Shown: positions 1 to 13,996 of the stretch, in pieces | How positions within the stretch are numbered: position 1 is the stretch's first letter | How the letters are laid out: the number at the start of each line of letters is the position of its first letter | Source of the DNA: Dimorphilus gyrociliatus | Lineage: Eukaryota; Animalia; Annelida | Assembly (NCBI GenBank): GCA_904063045.1 | Contig: CAJFCJ010000019.1 | Location: forward strand, 3,106,684 to 3,170,683 | Length of the DNA: 64,000 bases | Direction of reading: 5' to 3' | Notes under the pieces: model-generated | What the model saw: the letters and a program-made list of their open reading frames with translations, nothing else | Told to the model about the DNA's origin: nothing | Databases searched by the model: none | Position numbers and translations under genes: made by a program

Positions 1-331
1 ACTTTTTGAGCTATCGCACCTAGCAATACCTACATGGTCTACAATATTTATGTTATGTACAACAACGATATTAGGCTGTGTGCTCAATTATTTACTTTTT
101 CTTTGTACAATGTATAACTCAGCCTTGACGACCAGTATCACAGGAGTTCTCAAATCTGTGGCTCAAACGGCGATCGGCTGGTTTACATTTGAAGGTATAT
201 CAGCTAATTTTCCAATAGTTTCAGGCATATGCATAAATATATTTGGAGGTCTGCTCTATACTTATGCAAAACATGTGGAATCTAAAAAGAAGTCGAATTT
301 TGCCTCGGAAATAGAACAGGGTCGAAACTAG
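1..331 (+). CDS. 3' end of an SLC35D-family nucleotide-sugar transporter (5' part lies outside the window)
   Basis: Frame is open from base 2 to TAG at 329-331. The sequence GCVLNYLLFLCTMYNSALTTSITGVLKSVAQTAIG...GGLLYTYAK matches the last TM helices of SLC35D/TPT-family transporters. Confidence 0.8.
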   Translation, partial: LFELSHLAIPTWSTIFMLCTTTILGCVLNYLLFLCTMYNSALTTSITGVLKSVAQTAIGWFTFEGISANFPIVSGICINIFGGLLYTYAKHVESKKKSNFASEIEQGRN

Positions 332-1231
332 GAAATGTATTTAAAAGAGAATAGTTTAATGCATATTTGCAGAAATTATGACAATTTTTTACAAATACAC
401 GATAAAGCAACTTGAATAAAACGACATCTGTTGTCAATTGAATTGACCTAATTCTCTGACTCATTTTTATATACGCATGCGTAGTATAACTGGCCGGGTT
501 ACAAGGAACAGTGTACATAGGCTATCGTTGTTTTGACGCGATACAGTCTCGAATGAAATCTACAAAGAAACTACTGCATTTTAGTTATCGTAATTCTGCA
601 GTTTATCAGCTTGGCTGTTATAGATTTGAGCTCTAACTTCACAACATAATTATTTGATATTCAAGAAAATACAACAATCTAAAGTGAGTTGTTGCAACAT
701 ATTATTTGCAGGATGAAAAGCTGTATTTGCATGACGAGTTTAATGAACAATTGTATTGTTAAGCGTTCAATAAAAACGAAAATTCGTATGCAGTATATTG
801 AGTATGTAAATTTTCGCCATATTAACCTTGACCCAAGAACAATTTTTAAAACGGTTTATCTACGATTTTATATATCAATATGAATTTTGGTCATTACACT
901 TTTAACCCTGCTGAACATTTGTGGTAGCTCGAATCATTTTCTTAAAGTAGTTGAACGAATTTCACAATTAACCTTTGTTAAAACTGTTTATATTGATCAA
1001 TGTGCTGTCAAATAATAAAAAAAACATAGTACTAGACCACAAGGCCGACTATTTGTGGAGTAAGCGTATACCTACCAAAATAAAACAGGTACGTGACGAG
1101 GTCAAATGAAAGTCACTTAGAGTGATCAAAGTAAATATCAACAATTGTTTAAGCATATTCGATATCGAATTAAAATATACTGGCAAAAATATTATAACCT
1201 TCAGAAATAACCCTCTCCTCTCAACAGGAAT

Positions 1232-3392
1232 ATGGAAGACAACGAAGATATACTTATCTTTCCCTTAACTGATCTGGTTAACAACAATGTAGAGGATTCA
1301 GAGGAACGTCAAGATGAGACACCTAAAAAGAAAGTGCAATTGTCTCTTCGTCAACGTCGAAGATCCAGGGCTGTGCCTTTTAAAATGCACTTGAACTTGC
1401 TTGAGCAATCTCATCAACCACTCTCAGCCGTACATGTGGAGAAAACTTCTTCACCGAGATCTCATTGGCTTTCTGCTTTGCGCAAATTAAAGACAATGAA
1501 AGATCCATGGCTTGAATTTCACATTGAAAACCATCCAACAGAAACTTGCAAAAGACATCGTTATAACGCTCTAAAAAAGAAATGGGTTGTTGATGATATT
1601 GAAGTGAAAATGGAATCTGTGGTAAAAAAAAAACAAGCTTATTACCCAAATTGAGTATATCAATTTAGCTTTTCTTTCTAACAGCCATTCAACCACGGAG
1701 CTTTAAGAGAGTGCTTCAGACTGTTAGTATCTTAAATATTTAAACTAAAGCTGTTTGAATTAGAAAAATTTCTCCAATAGCAAAAAGTTGTCATCGTGGA
1801 CAAATCGGCACGATTGGAAGCATGCTCATAACTACGTTTCTAAAAGGTACATGGAAGAAGTGGAGAGAGAAGTTTATTTTGAGGATGTGCAACTACAGAT
1901 GGATGCTAAATTATGGGGTGAAGAATATAACCGTCATAAGCCCCCCAAAAAAGTTGATATAATGCAAATGTGCGTTATAGAATTTACATCTCGACCAGGT
2001 TCACCTCTTTATCATTTGGAGCATTTCATAGAGGGCAACTACATAAAGTACAATTCTAATTCGGGATTTGTCGATGAGCACATCAGGTCTACTCCTCAAG
2101 CTTTCTCTCATTTTACATTTGAGAGATCTGGTCATCAACTGATTGTTGTCGATATACAAGGAGTAGGTGATTTATGGACTGATCCCCAAATACACACTGT
2201 CAATGGGTCGGAGTACGGAGATGGTAATCTTGGAACAAAGGGAATGGCTTTATTTTTTCACTCACATACTTGTAATTCTATTTGTGATAGCATGGGTTTG
2301 TCAAAGTTTGATTTAGCTCCAAATGAAATTGCTATTCAACAGAAGTTTGTTCAAATGCATAAAACTGCAGAAACTCGCCTGAAAGGGCAACTAGAGCATT
2401 GTGTTAGTCCTTCTCCAACAGATCGAATTGATCTAACATCATTTTTAGCCAAATCTCGATTTCGATCAATATCTTCTTGTTCGACGGGATCTGATGGCAT
2501 GCATGAACCTGTGAGTCCTATGAGTGATAAACCTGAAAACTCGCCACCCGTTGATGAACCGATGCATAGTGTTTCGCCACCTCATTGGATTAATAATGGT
2601 CGTCGTACTCGATTTTACAGCGAAAGTAGTGATAGTAATACGAGCTCCATTACGGAAGAAGAAGAAAGGATCCGTTTTCACCAGGCATTTAGCCACCATG
2701 CAAGACCTTCATGCTTCGCTCAAGAGTTAAACTTTCGTCTTAGCAAAGATCATCGATCAACAGATGATTCAATATTGGGACAAATTCATCACGAAATGGC
2801 GAAATATCATGAAATAGGTCGTTTAGTGGTTAAAGAAGGTGACGAACCTGATGAGGAATCCGCTCTCTATCACGAGCAAAACGCTGCCGAGTTAGGCGTT
2901 ATGGAGGCTATTTTAACCATGGCCTATTTGCATTTAGATATGCAACGTGATTTTCTTGTTAATGTATGTGTTGAACCAACTGATGAAAATATTGCTAAGG
3001 GAGTTGAATATATGTCAACTGCAGCAGACGCAGGAGATAGGTCAGCGATGCTGTTTCTTGCTAGAGCCTATGAAACTGGAGATAATTTAGGCCCAAACAG
3101 AAAGAGATGCCACAAGAAAGCTGTCAGCTATTATCGAGATGCTATTGAGAGAACTGAAGAGGACGAAAGTGGAGCTTTCGATTCGACTATGGATGACCCT
3201 TTGTATAGTCTAAAAGCTAAATTAGCTGAACTGTATCTTGAAGGAAATTATGGTTTGGAGTCGGATCCGGAGACTGCTGCTGGTTTATTTAATGAGGCAG
3301 CTGATGCAGCAATGGCTTCAATGAAAGGTAGATTGGCTAATAAATATTATGCAAGAGCAGAGGAAGCTTGGTCTCTTGTCACCGAGGAATAA
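1232..3392 (+). CDS. EEF2K: Eukaryotic elongation factor 2 kinase (alpha-kinase plus SEL1-like repeats), 3 coding exons
   Basis: Exons 1232-1621, 1685-1722 and 1781-3392 (GT-AG introns of 63 and 58 nt) splice to ...KMESV-PFNHGALRECFRL-KKLSSW... The CaM-binding segment WLSALRKLKTMKDPWLEFHI and alpha-kinase motifs YFEDVQLQMDAKLWGEEYN, KYNSNSGFV and VVDIQGVGDLWTDPQIH are present. Confidence 0.97.
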
Positions 3393-3901
3393 ACAGGAAA
3401 CTTGAAAGTGACCGCACTTTTTTATTTTGATATTGTTTATTTATGCTGTGTCCCTAAGATAGTTGGCGTGTGTGAAATCTTTAAGGTTTACATTCCGTAG
3501 ATACTAAAACAATGAAATACTTTATGTAGGTTACACAACCATATAATTGTTGGTTATTAACAGATAGCGTATGTACTCTGCACCTTTATAGACACTTAAT
3601 ATTAGTTAGAAATATTAAGTATAAATGAAAGATTCAAGAAAGAATTCCTTTTGCGGAATAGTTTTAAAGTGGCTTTTTATTTATCCATATAGTATAAGTA
3701 CATATTTGAAACAATAATAAAAAAAATCACAACATGAATCTTTAGTCTTTTGGTTCATTTAGACAAATTCAATTTTAACCTCTACAAAAGGACACCGATA
3801 GAAAAATAACTTTCCATGTCAGAACCTACTCCGCACGGAAAGTAGTGTTACTGTTATAGCACTTGCATATTATCGCTCATTTAGAAGTTTTTGAAACTAA
3901 T

Positions 3902-4513
3902 ATGCTGGGTAGAAAGAGAATTTTAGATTCAATTGTAAAAAATGGCAAAAGTATTCTTGCTATTAGGTACATGGGTACGTCTTCTGCTGCAGAAAAGCGT
4001 ATGCTGGATCGAATGTTACGGGTAGATCATGCAGGAGAGTTTGGGGCTACAAGGATTTATGCTGGCCAATACGCGGCTCTTAAAGGAACTTCCGAAGCCG
4101 CCCTCATTAAACATATGTGGGATCAAGAGAAAGTTCATCTTGAAACATTTCAGAAATTAATACCTGAGTACAGGTCAAGACCGACAGTCTTAATGCCAAT
4201 TTGGAATGTAGCCGGATTTTTGCTGGGGGCTGGAACGGCAATGATGGGAAAAGAAGCTGCAATGGCTTGTACTGTTGCGGTGGAAACTGTCATAGGAGAG
4301 CATTACGATGATCAGATTCGTAAATTAATGGAAACTGATCCTAAAAAGTATGAGGGGTTAATGAAGACTTTAAGCAAATTTCGAGATGAAGAAATGGAAC
4401 ACCATGACACTGGACTTGAGCATGATGCAGAAAAAGCTCCAATGTATAAAGTACTGAATACTTCAATAAAAGCGGGTTGTAAAATTGCAATATGGTTATC
4501 AGAAAGGATATAA
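3902..4513 (+). CDS. COQ7: COQ7/clk-1 di-iron demethoxyubiquinone hydroxylase, intronless
   Basis: RVDHAGEFGATRIYAGQ, EKVHL, ACTVAVETVIGEHYDDQ and FRDEEMEHHD motifs. ATG at 3902 is followed by a basic presequence-like N-terminus. Confidence 0.97.
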   Translation: MLGRKRILDSIVKNGKSILAIRYMGTSSAAEKRMLDRMLRVDHAGEFGATRIYAGQYAALKGTSEAALIKHMWDQEKVHLETFQKLIPEYRSRPTVLMPIWNVAGFLLGAGTAMMGKEAAMACTVAVETVIGEHYDDQIRKLMETDPKKYEGLMKTLSKFRDEEMEHHDTGLEHDAEKAPMYKVLNTSIKAGCKIAIWLSERI

Positions 4514-4577
4514 TATACAATTAAAAAATATGTTTATTTGTATAAATATACAATATATAAATAATTACAGTTTTTCA

Positions 4578-5452
4578 CTACTGTTCTCCGTATTCTAATA
4601 AAAAGTCAAATGCTCGTTGAGTTTCAACCACTGCAGCTTCAGAAGAGCTGCTCCTTCGTATTTTGTCATCTCTAACAATTGGTTTATCTCGTTTATCCAG
4701 AAATTGAGACGATTTTATGCTAGGATCCATCACTTTTTTTTCAGGTAGTTTTGGTGTCTGAGATGACTTTCCGTTTTCACTAAATGCCCTCGTGGTGACT
4801 TCATGTTCATGGAAACCATTCTTAGTTGACTCTTCAGTCACGCTTTCTTCGTTTTCATCCAAAATTAACTTGCTTCTCGAATCAGTTAAGTGAAAATTCG
4901 AAAACCTTGTTTGAAATATAGCCGATTCTTTTTTATGGGACACGGCTCCCAAATCTGGTTTATATAAAGTATCTTCACTGTTAAAATGGTGGTTATAAAT
5001 ATTTTGTTCTCTTGACATTTTCATTTTCTCGTTTAACTTATATGCTAACGATGGGAAATCTGAAACCATTGAAGGGTTATTCGCCCAAACGCCAGGTGGA
5101 ATATTTTTAGATGAGATCTTTGTTTTTGAGGCCCACGAAACATCTGCTGTATAACTATTGCTCTGTGATCTGTATTTGTCTATTTTTCTATGATACTTTT
5201 TTCTACCACGGCGATGAGGTGTCGTTCGACAAAGAAATATTATAAGCACACATAAAATGCAAACAGCAACACCTCCTGTAAGTATTCCAACAATGAGAAT
5301 GATTTTTTCCTTACTATCTAGAGAAGTAGCTGACACTTTAAGAGGGGAAAATATTGATTATACTGCCATGTTTATAAAAGAATAAAACTTCTTTTACCGT
5401 TTATAATATTACAAAATAAGAAGATTGCAATTAAAAGTTGATTTTTATCCAT
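4578..5452 (-). CDS. Orphan type I single-pass membrane protein: signal peptide, ~8-residue ectodomain, TM, long disordered tail
   Basis: Exon 1 5452-5398 (MDKNQLLIAIFLFCNIIN+G), a 62-nt GT-AG phase-1 intron 5397-5336, and exon 2 5335-4578 join in frame. The GTG start in the ORF track is actually the splice acceptor. TM segment is IILIVGILTGGVAVCILCVLIIFLC. Confidence 0.8.
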
Positions 5453-6064
5453 TACGATTTCACATGAACTGCGTCGTATAGTGGGGCGGTTTCTAACAAT
5501 ATCATAGCCTAACAATATGTCACACTCAAATGATTTCGATGAGGCCTTGCTTTTTGTTGTAAGATCGAAAATGACTAATATTGGCGTTTTAAGTTAACTT
5601 TGAAATTAGCTTCCATAGAATATAAAATTGAAAATTTTTGCCATAGTTTTAATCTACTTAAGCAATTTAAACAATAGACTTGAATTATTCTAATATTCTT
5701 TATATATTAACTCTCTTTTAGTTTTTAATTGACTATTTTATTGATATATACAAATAAACTTCCAAAATAATACATGTTATAACTTTTTCTGAAGTTTATA
5801 TAATTAAGTGGAAAATTCTTTATAAAATTTAACAACTGCAAATTGTTGTAAAACTGTTAGTAGTTCATTGAGTTACTTTTTTTAATTTTGAACAGACAGC
5901 AAATTTACTGGTTTTCTATTGTTAAAGGACGAAACTTTAAACTTAATACCGTTTAAATTTAGTCAGACTTTTATTTTTAGCTCAACCGGAAATACAGGTG
6001 CCCGTTATATTTAAGAACTATATGGAATACTAACCATGCTGAAATTATGTCGGCAAAACTTTGA

Positions 6065-6941
<877 letters not shown>

Positions 6942-7047
6942 TTACATTTCAGTAAAAACTGTTAACCGTATATTTTAAATATTTAACAATCTTCATCACA
7001 ATATAAATTGATTTCATTGACAAATACAAAAGAATTTAAATGTTGAA

Positions 7048-10000
7048 TTAAACAGAAGTAGCGTATAAGCACTGATGCTTAGGTCTGACGTAAAATCTTG
7101 CCTTTTGAGAAGCCGACTTATTACTTATTGGAGAATGATGATCAGCAATAATTCTTTCTATGCCATGCATTACATAGCTTAAGCAGAAATCGTCTAGTTC
7201 ATCGTCTGAATAAATTGGACCTGATTTTCCATTAATCAACACTGCTCTATTCAGTTGTTGAATTACAAGTTGAACAACCTTTCTTGCGGTTGTTCGAGAG
7301 GTTACTCTTAATTTCACACAACTTCCAAGTGCTAAACCACACTCATAAGCTGCATAAACTCGTAGAGTTGCAGACTCTATTTCATTTCTATCAGACTGAT
7401 AACCGGCATCAGTGGAGCATGAACGTGAATCTCCTTCATCTGAACGTCTCCAAGTTGGAGATTCATTTGGAGATGCGATGGTTGCGTAAAGAATATTCAA
7501 TGGAACACCTTGAGTTTGACCCTTTGCTCTGGCGAATGAAACGGCATCCATTGTCCACCGTGTAGATCTCCAAACATCTTCTAGTTGACTTCGAATTGAT
7601 GCAAACCGATCAACTCTTAATTTTGCCTCGAGTAATTCTTTGGTGGAAAACGCTTCTCTTTGAGCTTGCTGAGAGAGCATCAAGTTTGTTTCTACTGTTA
7701 AAGATAAATGGGAATATTTTTGAATGAATTCTCTTTCATATGTCCAAGCGTAAGCCATTTCAAAAGCTTGAACAGGTAAAACAACGTGACCAGGTGGGCA
7801 GACATCTGTATTTCCAGGAATAGTACACAATGTTTCGGCAGGTGGAAGTATAAGTATTAATGTTATGCCGTCTGACATTTCCACCGCCTCAACATCATAC
7901 AAACGATGACTAAGAGCTTCGTCCTCTTTTACCCCTAACCTAATCATTAACTGACGACAAGCGGATATCAATTTTTTTTGAAAACATATCATCCTTCCGC
8001 ACTGTTCATCATCAAGAAAGGAACATGTTTCCGGTGTTCCCATATTTTTTAAAAAGACCCATTCGTCCTTAGTTATGTTCGGGCAGTCGCGAACTTTTTG
8101 ATGAGGTAGAATATTCGGAGCATGTGAATCAACAAGAACATGCATTTTATCTAAAGAACATTTTAGTTTTAAATAAGCTACATAAAGTCCTTCTTTTAAT
8201 CGTCTTTCACCGGCCTCGTGTTCTTGTATTATTTCTTTCGTTTTCGTCATTAGCATATCAGAATCATCATACCTTTTTTCTAGTTTTGAAATTGAACACC
8301 ATTTTGCATGATTACAAGCAACATCCTTTGTACTCTTTAGTTTTAGCACAGATACCAAAATTAACACTCCATTTGAATGAACGGGAATTGAGCGAAGTCG
8401 GCCTAAGTCAGATATACCCAACGATGTTTGGAGTTGGATTATTGCTAATAATAATTTAAGTCGAGATTCCAACGAACCAGATGTAGTTTTCTCTAAATCA
8501 GATTTTAACTGTTTTACATCATTCCAAGAACAAGCAACTTTCATAAACCAAAGTAAGTCGGATTGCGTTAGAGTTGCATTTTCTTCAACTTCAACACAAG
8601 GTAAATAATCGTCCGTAGTAAGCAGAACTTTATCAGTTTGATACACTAAACAGCACAAGTATACTCCTCTTCTTAAATGCCTTTGAAACCGAGAAGTTGA
8701 ACTGAACAAATTTTTAAGACTTTTCTTTACTATAGTAACTTTTTTACTTCCGACTGTAGCTGAATTTGACTCTATACAGTTAGAATCAATCAGAAGACTA
8801 TCTAATTCTTCCATTTTACCTTCCATTCTAGGTTTTGATTTTTCAACCTCTCTCCAATTAGATGGAACAGCAAATAAGGGGCAAGATACGCTTGGATTAC
8901 TGAAACCCTTAACGTTTCCAAAAGAAACTCTTACGTAGTAGGGAACTCCAGTTTGTAGTTGATAGATTGTAAAGCATTTAACAGCGTCACCTATTACCAC
9001 TTCTGATCCGGCAAGAGGACGAAAGGAAACGGTTTTACTCCATTCAATTTTATACTTTACTGTGATAGCGCCACAAGGAGGTAATGGTTCGTCAAACGAA
9101 ACCAGTAATGAGTCAACACTTCGAACACTCAATTGAACGTTGGAGGGAGGATTGGGCAATTTACTTCTTTCAAGGGTAGTTTTCATTCTCCTTAATAGCT
9201 CCAGCTTGAAGTTTAGTTTTGAAAAGTCATCGTCCTTCTTCATTCCATCACCCATAGAGTGAATAGTTTTCCTGATTAACTCCTCAAGCATTTTATCACT
9301 CTTTCCAATTCCATTAAAATTCTCCTTGGCACCGAATGTAAGCAGCAATTTTATCAATGGTACGTGATTAATAAGACTTGCTATATCAAGAGGGGTCATG
9401 CCATCTTCATTTGAGCAATTGACATTTACTTCTGCGGATTTCAAGATTTGTTCCACTTTATCAAAAATTCCCTCTCCTATTGCGTTAAAAAGATCGATTT
9501 CAGCAAAAGGCTGTCTCTTCTTGTTAAAACGACGGGGTTTTGGTGATTTTTTGCAAGCGGCTGGAGTAGTTAAAAGAGGACTGGTTGGTATAGATGAACT
9601 TCTTTCCAACTTTCGATTTCTACTTGAAGAAACTCGGACTGCATCTGTGCAGTCTACTGAATGTGAACGCTGATGTCGTCTTTTAATGTGACCGCGATTT
9701 TCCTCTTCCTTCTGATCTTTCCGACCAAGTCTAGTCCAACTTTGCAAAATAAATGAAAATTAAATAATACTTTTTTTTTGCAATGGATTAACTTAAGAAA
9801 GAAGCGAAGCGTGCAAAAAAAACCCAAAATTATCTTACCTCTTTTCTGATAAATTTTCATCAAGTGTTGCCACGATATGCTAGAAAAAATCAAGTCAAAG
9901 AAAATATTAAACAAAATCCGAATTGATTTCATCTATACCTCGTACGACGTATTAAAAGATCTACTCCTAATTATACTATTTTCGGTCTTACATGCTGCAC

Positions 10001-11581
10001 TTGGTTTGCACTGTCGGTATTCGACAGCTTTGAGAGGAGTGACAGGTTCGATTTTTGATTTATCTTTCCACGAACGTTTTACATGTTTCAAGTCCATTAA
10101 AAATGGTTTTATTACATAAGGTGAAGAGAATTGCATGGCAAAATATTCCAGTAATTTTTTAATAAGATTGAAAAGTAACGGTTGTGCTATGCTCGTTAGT
10201 TAATTATTGAGTTTTATACTACAAGTGGTAGATAGTAATGATATTGTAAAAATAGGTGGCGCGACTGTATTTTACACTTGGATAAATAATTATAGCTTGC
10301 ACTTACCGGTACGACATTAGGTACATTTTCTGTTGAAGATGCAACTGTGATAGAAAAATAAATCTTTTAGAAATAAAATTGTATATAGTTTAGTACAAAA
10401 GCTTTATTTGGAATTGTCGATTGACAGATTATAAGAGGAGTAAAAAAAAAATTAGCAAATTCAATTTATCTTCTAAATATAGAATAAAAACTTGCATAAA
10501 AATAGATGAACAATTTTCTAAACTGCTAGGAAAGCAATAATAAATATATTAAAGGCATTTTTTTTTTGTTACTTCTCTACTGAGAAAACTAACATAGTAA
10601 CTAGATTGACTGTATAGTTTCTGCGCAGTTTAATCAACAGCGTAAAGCTAACGCTAATTGAGCTGATAGCCTTTTGTTACATATAATATAATATAATAAA
10701 GAAACCCTTCCTCCCAATTCTAAAGATAAACTTCTTGTTAGAAAGTGTAATTTCATTGCAAAATAGTTACATTTTAAAAGAGTGATTAATTTACTGTCAC
10801 CTGTCGTATTTTCTTAATATATAGTTTAATTAAAGGAGGAACACAGACACAGACACACACACACACACACACACTCACAGACAGACACGCATACAAACAA
10901 GGAATAAACTTTGTAACCTTTATATAACGGAGATTTAAATCTTCTGTTTCGACTAACATTCGGAGATGGACTGGCTGATCGAGTTTCCAACTGAATATCT
11001 GTATAAAATATAGAATTAAAATCGCAAAAATATCAAACAAGTATAAATTGTGCACTAAATGATCTCTCTTCGTAATATATGCTCGATTATATGCATACAC
11101 TACGAAGAACAAACTATACATTATCTATTAAATATTGTTTTAAAGCAGATTTTAGATGATAATATAGATGTTTAGATTCGATTAATGAGTATCTGTAATT
11201 TATTCATTTGTAGTTATCATTATCTATATTCTCATATTGAAAGAAGTAAGCTAGTTTTATGAATAAAATGTTCGAGGGCAATTTCAATAAATTCCGCATA
11301 AAATAACGAATATAAAACTAGAATATTTAACCTGGTGTCCGAAGAAGTCCTGGGCTTGAAGATTTGTTTTCCGTTTCTATAAGCCTTATTGGTCTTCTCG
11401 GTCTTATCCATTCCGTTGGTGAAGGAATGCAGGAATACGATTGCTGTAGTAGACTTTCGGGTATCTCCCCAACAGTCTTCGACCTGTGGAAGAATTTTCG
11501 TTTTTCTAATGCCTTTTTTGATAGTCGAAATTTATCGAATAAGCGTCTCCAGAGCAATTTTGCTCTTCCGTCACTCATCAT
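7048..11581 (-). CDS. ANKFN1: ANKFN1/wake-like protein (ankyrin repeats, FN3, C-terminal Ras-association domain)
   Basis: Main exon 9739-7048 carries ankyrin (NEDGMTPLDIA), FN3 (KYKIEWSKTVSF...YYVRVSFGNVKGFS) and RA-like (LRVYAAYECGL) segments. Phase-compatible upstream exons: 11581-11332, 10998-10918, 10344-10307, 9879-9839. An alternative first exon 10136-9939 is also possible. The upstream exons are less certain than the main exon. Confidence 0.9.
10841..10890. repeat. Imperfect (CA)n/(CAGA)n microsatellite in an ANKFN1 intron
   Basis: acacagacacagacacacacacacacacacacactcacagacagacacgc read directly. Confidence 0.9.
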
Positions 11582-11620
11582 AGAAGGAAAAATGAGAGGA
11601 GGCGCCTGCGCTTAAAAACT

Positions 11621-11630
11621 CTGACGTCAG
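11621..11630. promoter_or_regulatory. Perfect CRE palindrome upstream of the distal ANKFN1 coding exon
   Basis: CTGACGTCAG (TGACGTCA at 11622-11629), about 40 nt upstream of the ATG at 11581. Function is inferred from the motif only. Confidence 0.5.
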
Positions 11631-13996
11631 GCGTCGACGATGAGTGCTTTCATTTCTACGCCGTAATGTTTAATTAACCCTTAATTATTTAACCGAGAAA
11701 AAGGTTTTTTTACGTTAATCGTAAAATCGGTAAGGATACTTCCACATAGTCTTCAAGGAGATATTCAACAGCCGTACAATTTTCGTCCATTACGACTGGT
11801 ATAGCTATGCAAGGAGTTTCGTTTAATAAAGCTTGAAAAGCGATCGGGATCAATCAACAGTCTATAAATCCAAGATATATTGATCGTTTGTACACAATAT
11901 TTACTTATCGGCGTATTTAATTTAGAGCAATTAGACAAATGAAAAAAAAAATGCTCAGTCTCATCATAATTATAAATTCTTCGTTAGCTTAAGATAATAA
12001 TAGCAATAATTACAATATCTATTGGAATATTATTATAATCTCACGGATTAATTGATATATTTTATGAATGAATTATTAAAATTGAACGTAGTTGGGAAAA
12101 TTTTAATTTTAAGGCTACTATTATTGCAACATATTCACTGAGAATAACGAATTTATACAAGAGACCAAGCAGATTATAAAAATTCTGTTACAACTCATAA
12201 AACCAAAGTATTAAACGGGAACAACAACCAAGCCGATAAATCATAATATTAGACACAATTGTCTAGTAAACAATCTGATTAATAAAAGTAGCGCAATTTA
12301 CAATTGAAGTACTTTTAAAAAACTAACTGGAAAAGATTTTTAAAGAAAATGACCTTATAGCTTTCGTATCCTCAGGGACAGATTACATAAGGGAGGTTAC
12401 GAAAACTTATCTTTCTTTAGCAAACCGTAAAGTGTTAGAATATAATAATTGTGTTGATTTTAAGTTGCGACTATGAGTTTCTATTTTGCGCTAAACCTCC
12501 AGAAAATATGATTTTTATATAAGCGTATATAACAGATTATCAGCAAATCGATTGATCTCAGCTAAAGAGAAGAGCAAAAGCAAGCATAAGCGTAAGAATG
12601 CAATCGTTATGTTTTCATTCTAGCTTAAGTATGAAATTTTCGTGCAATAAGAACTGATAATGTCTTATTTTGGTACAACATATTTTAAAGAATGCCTATT
12701 TTTTACCAAGTTCATTGCTTAATCACACCTGCCACTCGTTGGAAACACGCCCTCTGCCGGATGATTTGAACACAGGTATAACAATCAATAGAAAGAACGT
12801 TTTCATTTCCAGTACTACCATGCCTGAATTAATACCGCTTTTGAAAGCAACTTTTCGTCATAAAACAAACAGTTGAACTTAGATCGTTTCTTTCCTGAAT
12901 TGTCGAATGAAGCCTATCTGGTAAGTAAAATAAGTTAAAGGTACAATTTATAGAGAAAAAAGCAAAATCAATATAGCATAAATTAAGCGAAACAGAGAAT
13001 TCAAGTCAGTTCGCCCTTAAATTATTAAGGTGGTTGGTTATATTTTATGCTTAAATTAATTTCAATATCTGTAATTCGTTATGTGAAGAAGCGTTAACGT
13101 AAAAAGAAATATCAAAAAAAGATGTCAGCTGGTATAAATATCGATGAGTTGCGTTGGTGTGTATAAACACGTGAAAAATTTTTTAAATGAATAACAATTT
13201 AGATACATTAGATAAATACATTAGAATGAAATGAATACTAGAAGTGTTTTATTACTGATCATCTCTCTTGAACAATCATATTAAATTAAGTTGAAAATTG
13301 TGTCGAAATCGATTTAGAAAGTAGGTATTTTTCAACAGTTTCAACAGGTAAACTGTCCGTAATTACATCACCATTTTTGGTTATGAACACTTGAGAAGCT
13401 ATTCAATTATTTACATTTTACCCGGTCACTTTGTTATTAATAAAAGGGGTTATAAATAAAATAGATTAATCTTTAACTTGAAAGCTTAAATACGAAAGTC
13501 GATAACTTAATGAACGTCAGCTATATTGGCTCTCGATGAATGTTGAATTTAATAAATGAGATAAAAGATCTAAATGAAATTTCTTCTTGTTCAATGTTTT
13601 AAATTCTTTTAGTCTTATCGTAATCTACAAACTTAACTTTGATATCGTAGTTTTGTATAGTCAGAAGAAAATTTTACTTCAACATATGAGAATATAGCAC
13701 AATAAAGAATTACAACATGTTTTTATTGGCTAGTAAATAACTATAGAACGTGTTTTATCTGTCGAAAAACTAAAAACTCTTTTCTCTTAGAATCATTTCT
13801 TGAATTGAGTTCGCTTGTTGCAAAGGTACACTTCTCTATTGACATATACAAAATTTAATGTTTGCTCGCTGAAACCAGCTACATGATGAATCTACGGAGT
13901 TGTTTCTTAAATAAGAGTTTTCTTTTTTTAAGAACTTGTTTTAACATAAGAATGTGAATTTTACTTAATATTTCAGCCTACCAGTCCTCTGCGTAA

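Noticed and set aside
12723-12821. Signal-peptide-like 32-aa ORF on the - strand (MVVLEMKTFFLLIVIPV...)
   Set aside because: I found no downstream exon, it overlaps the likely cadherin 5' exon, and hydrophobic short ORFs are common in AT-rich DNA.
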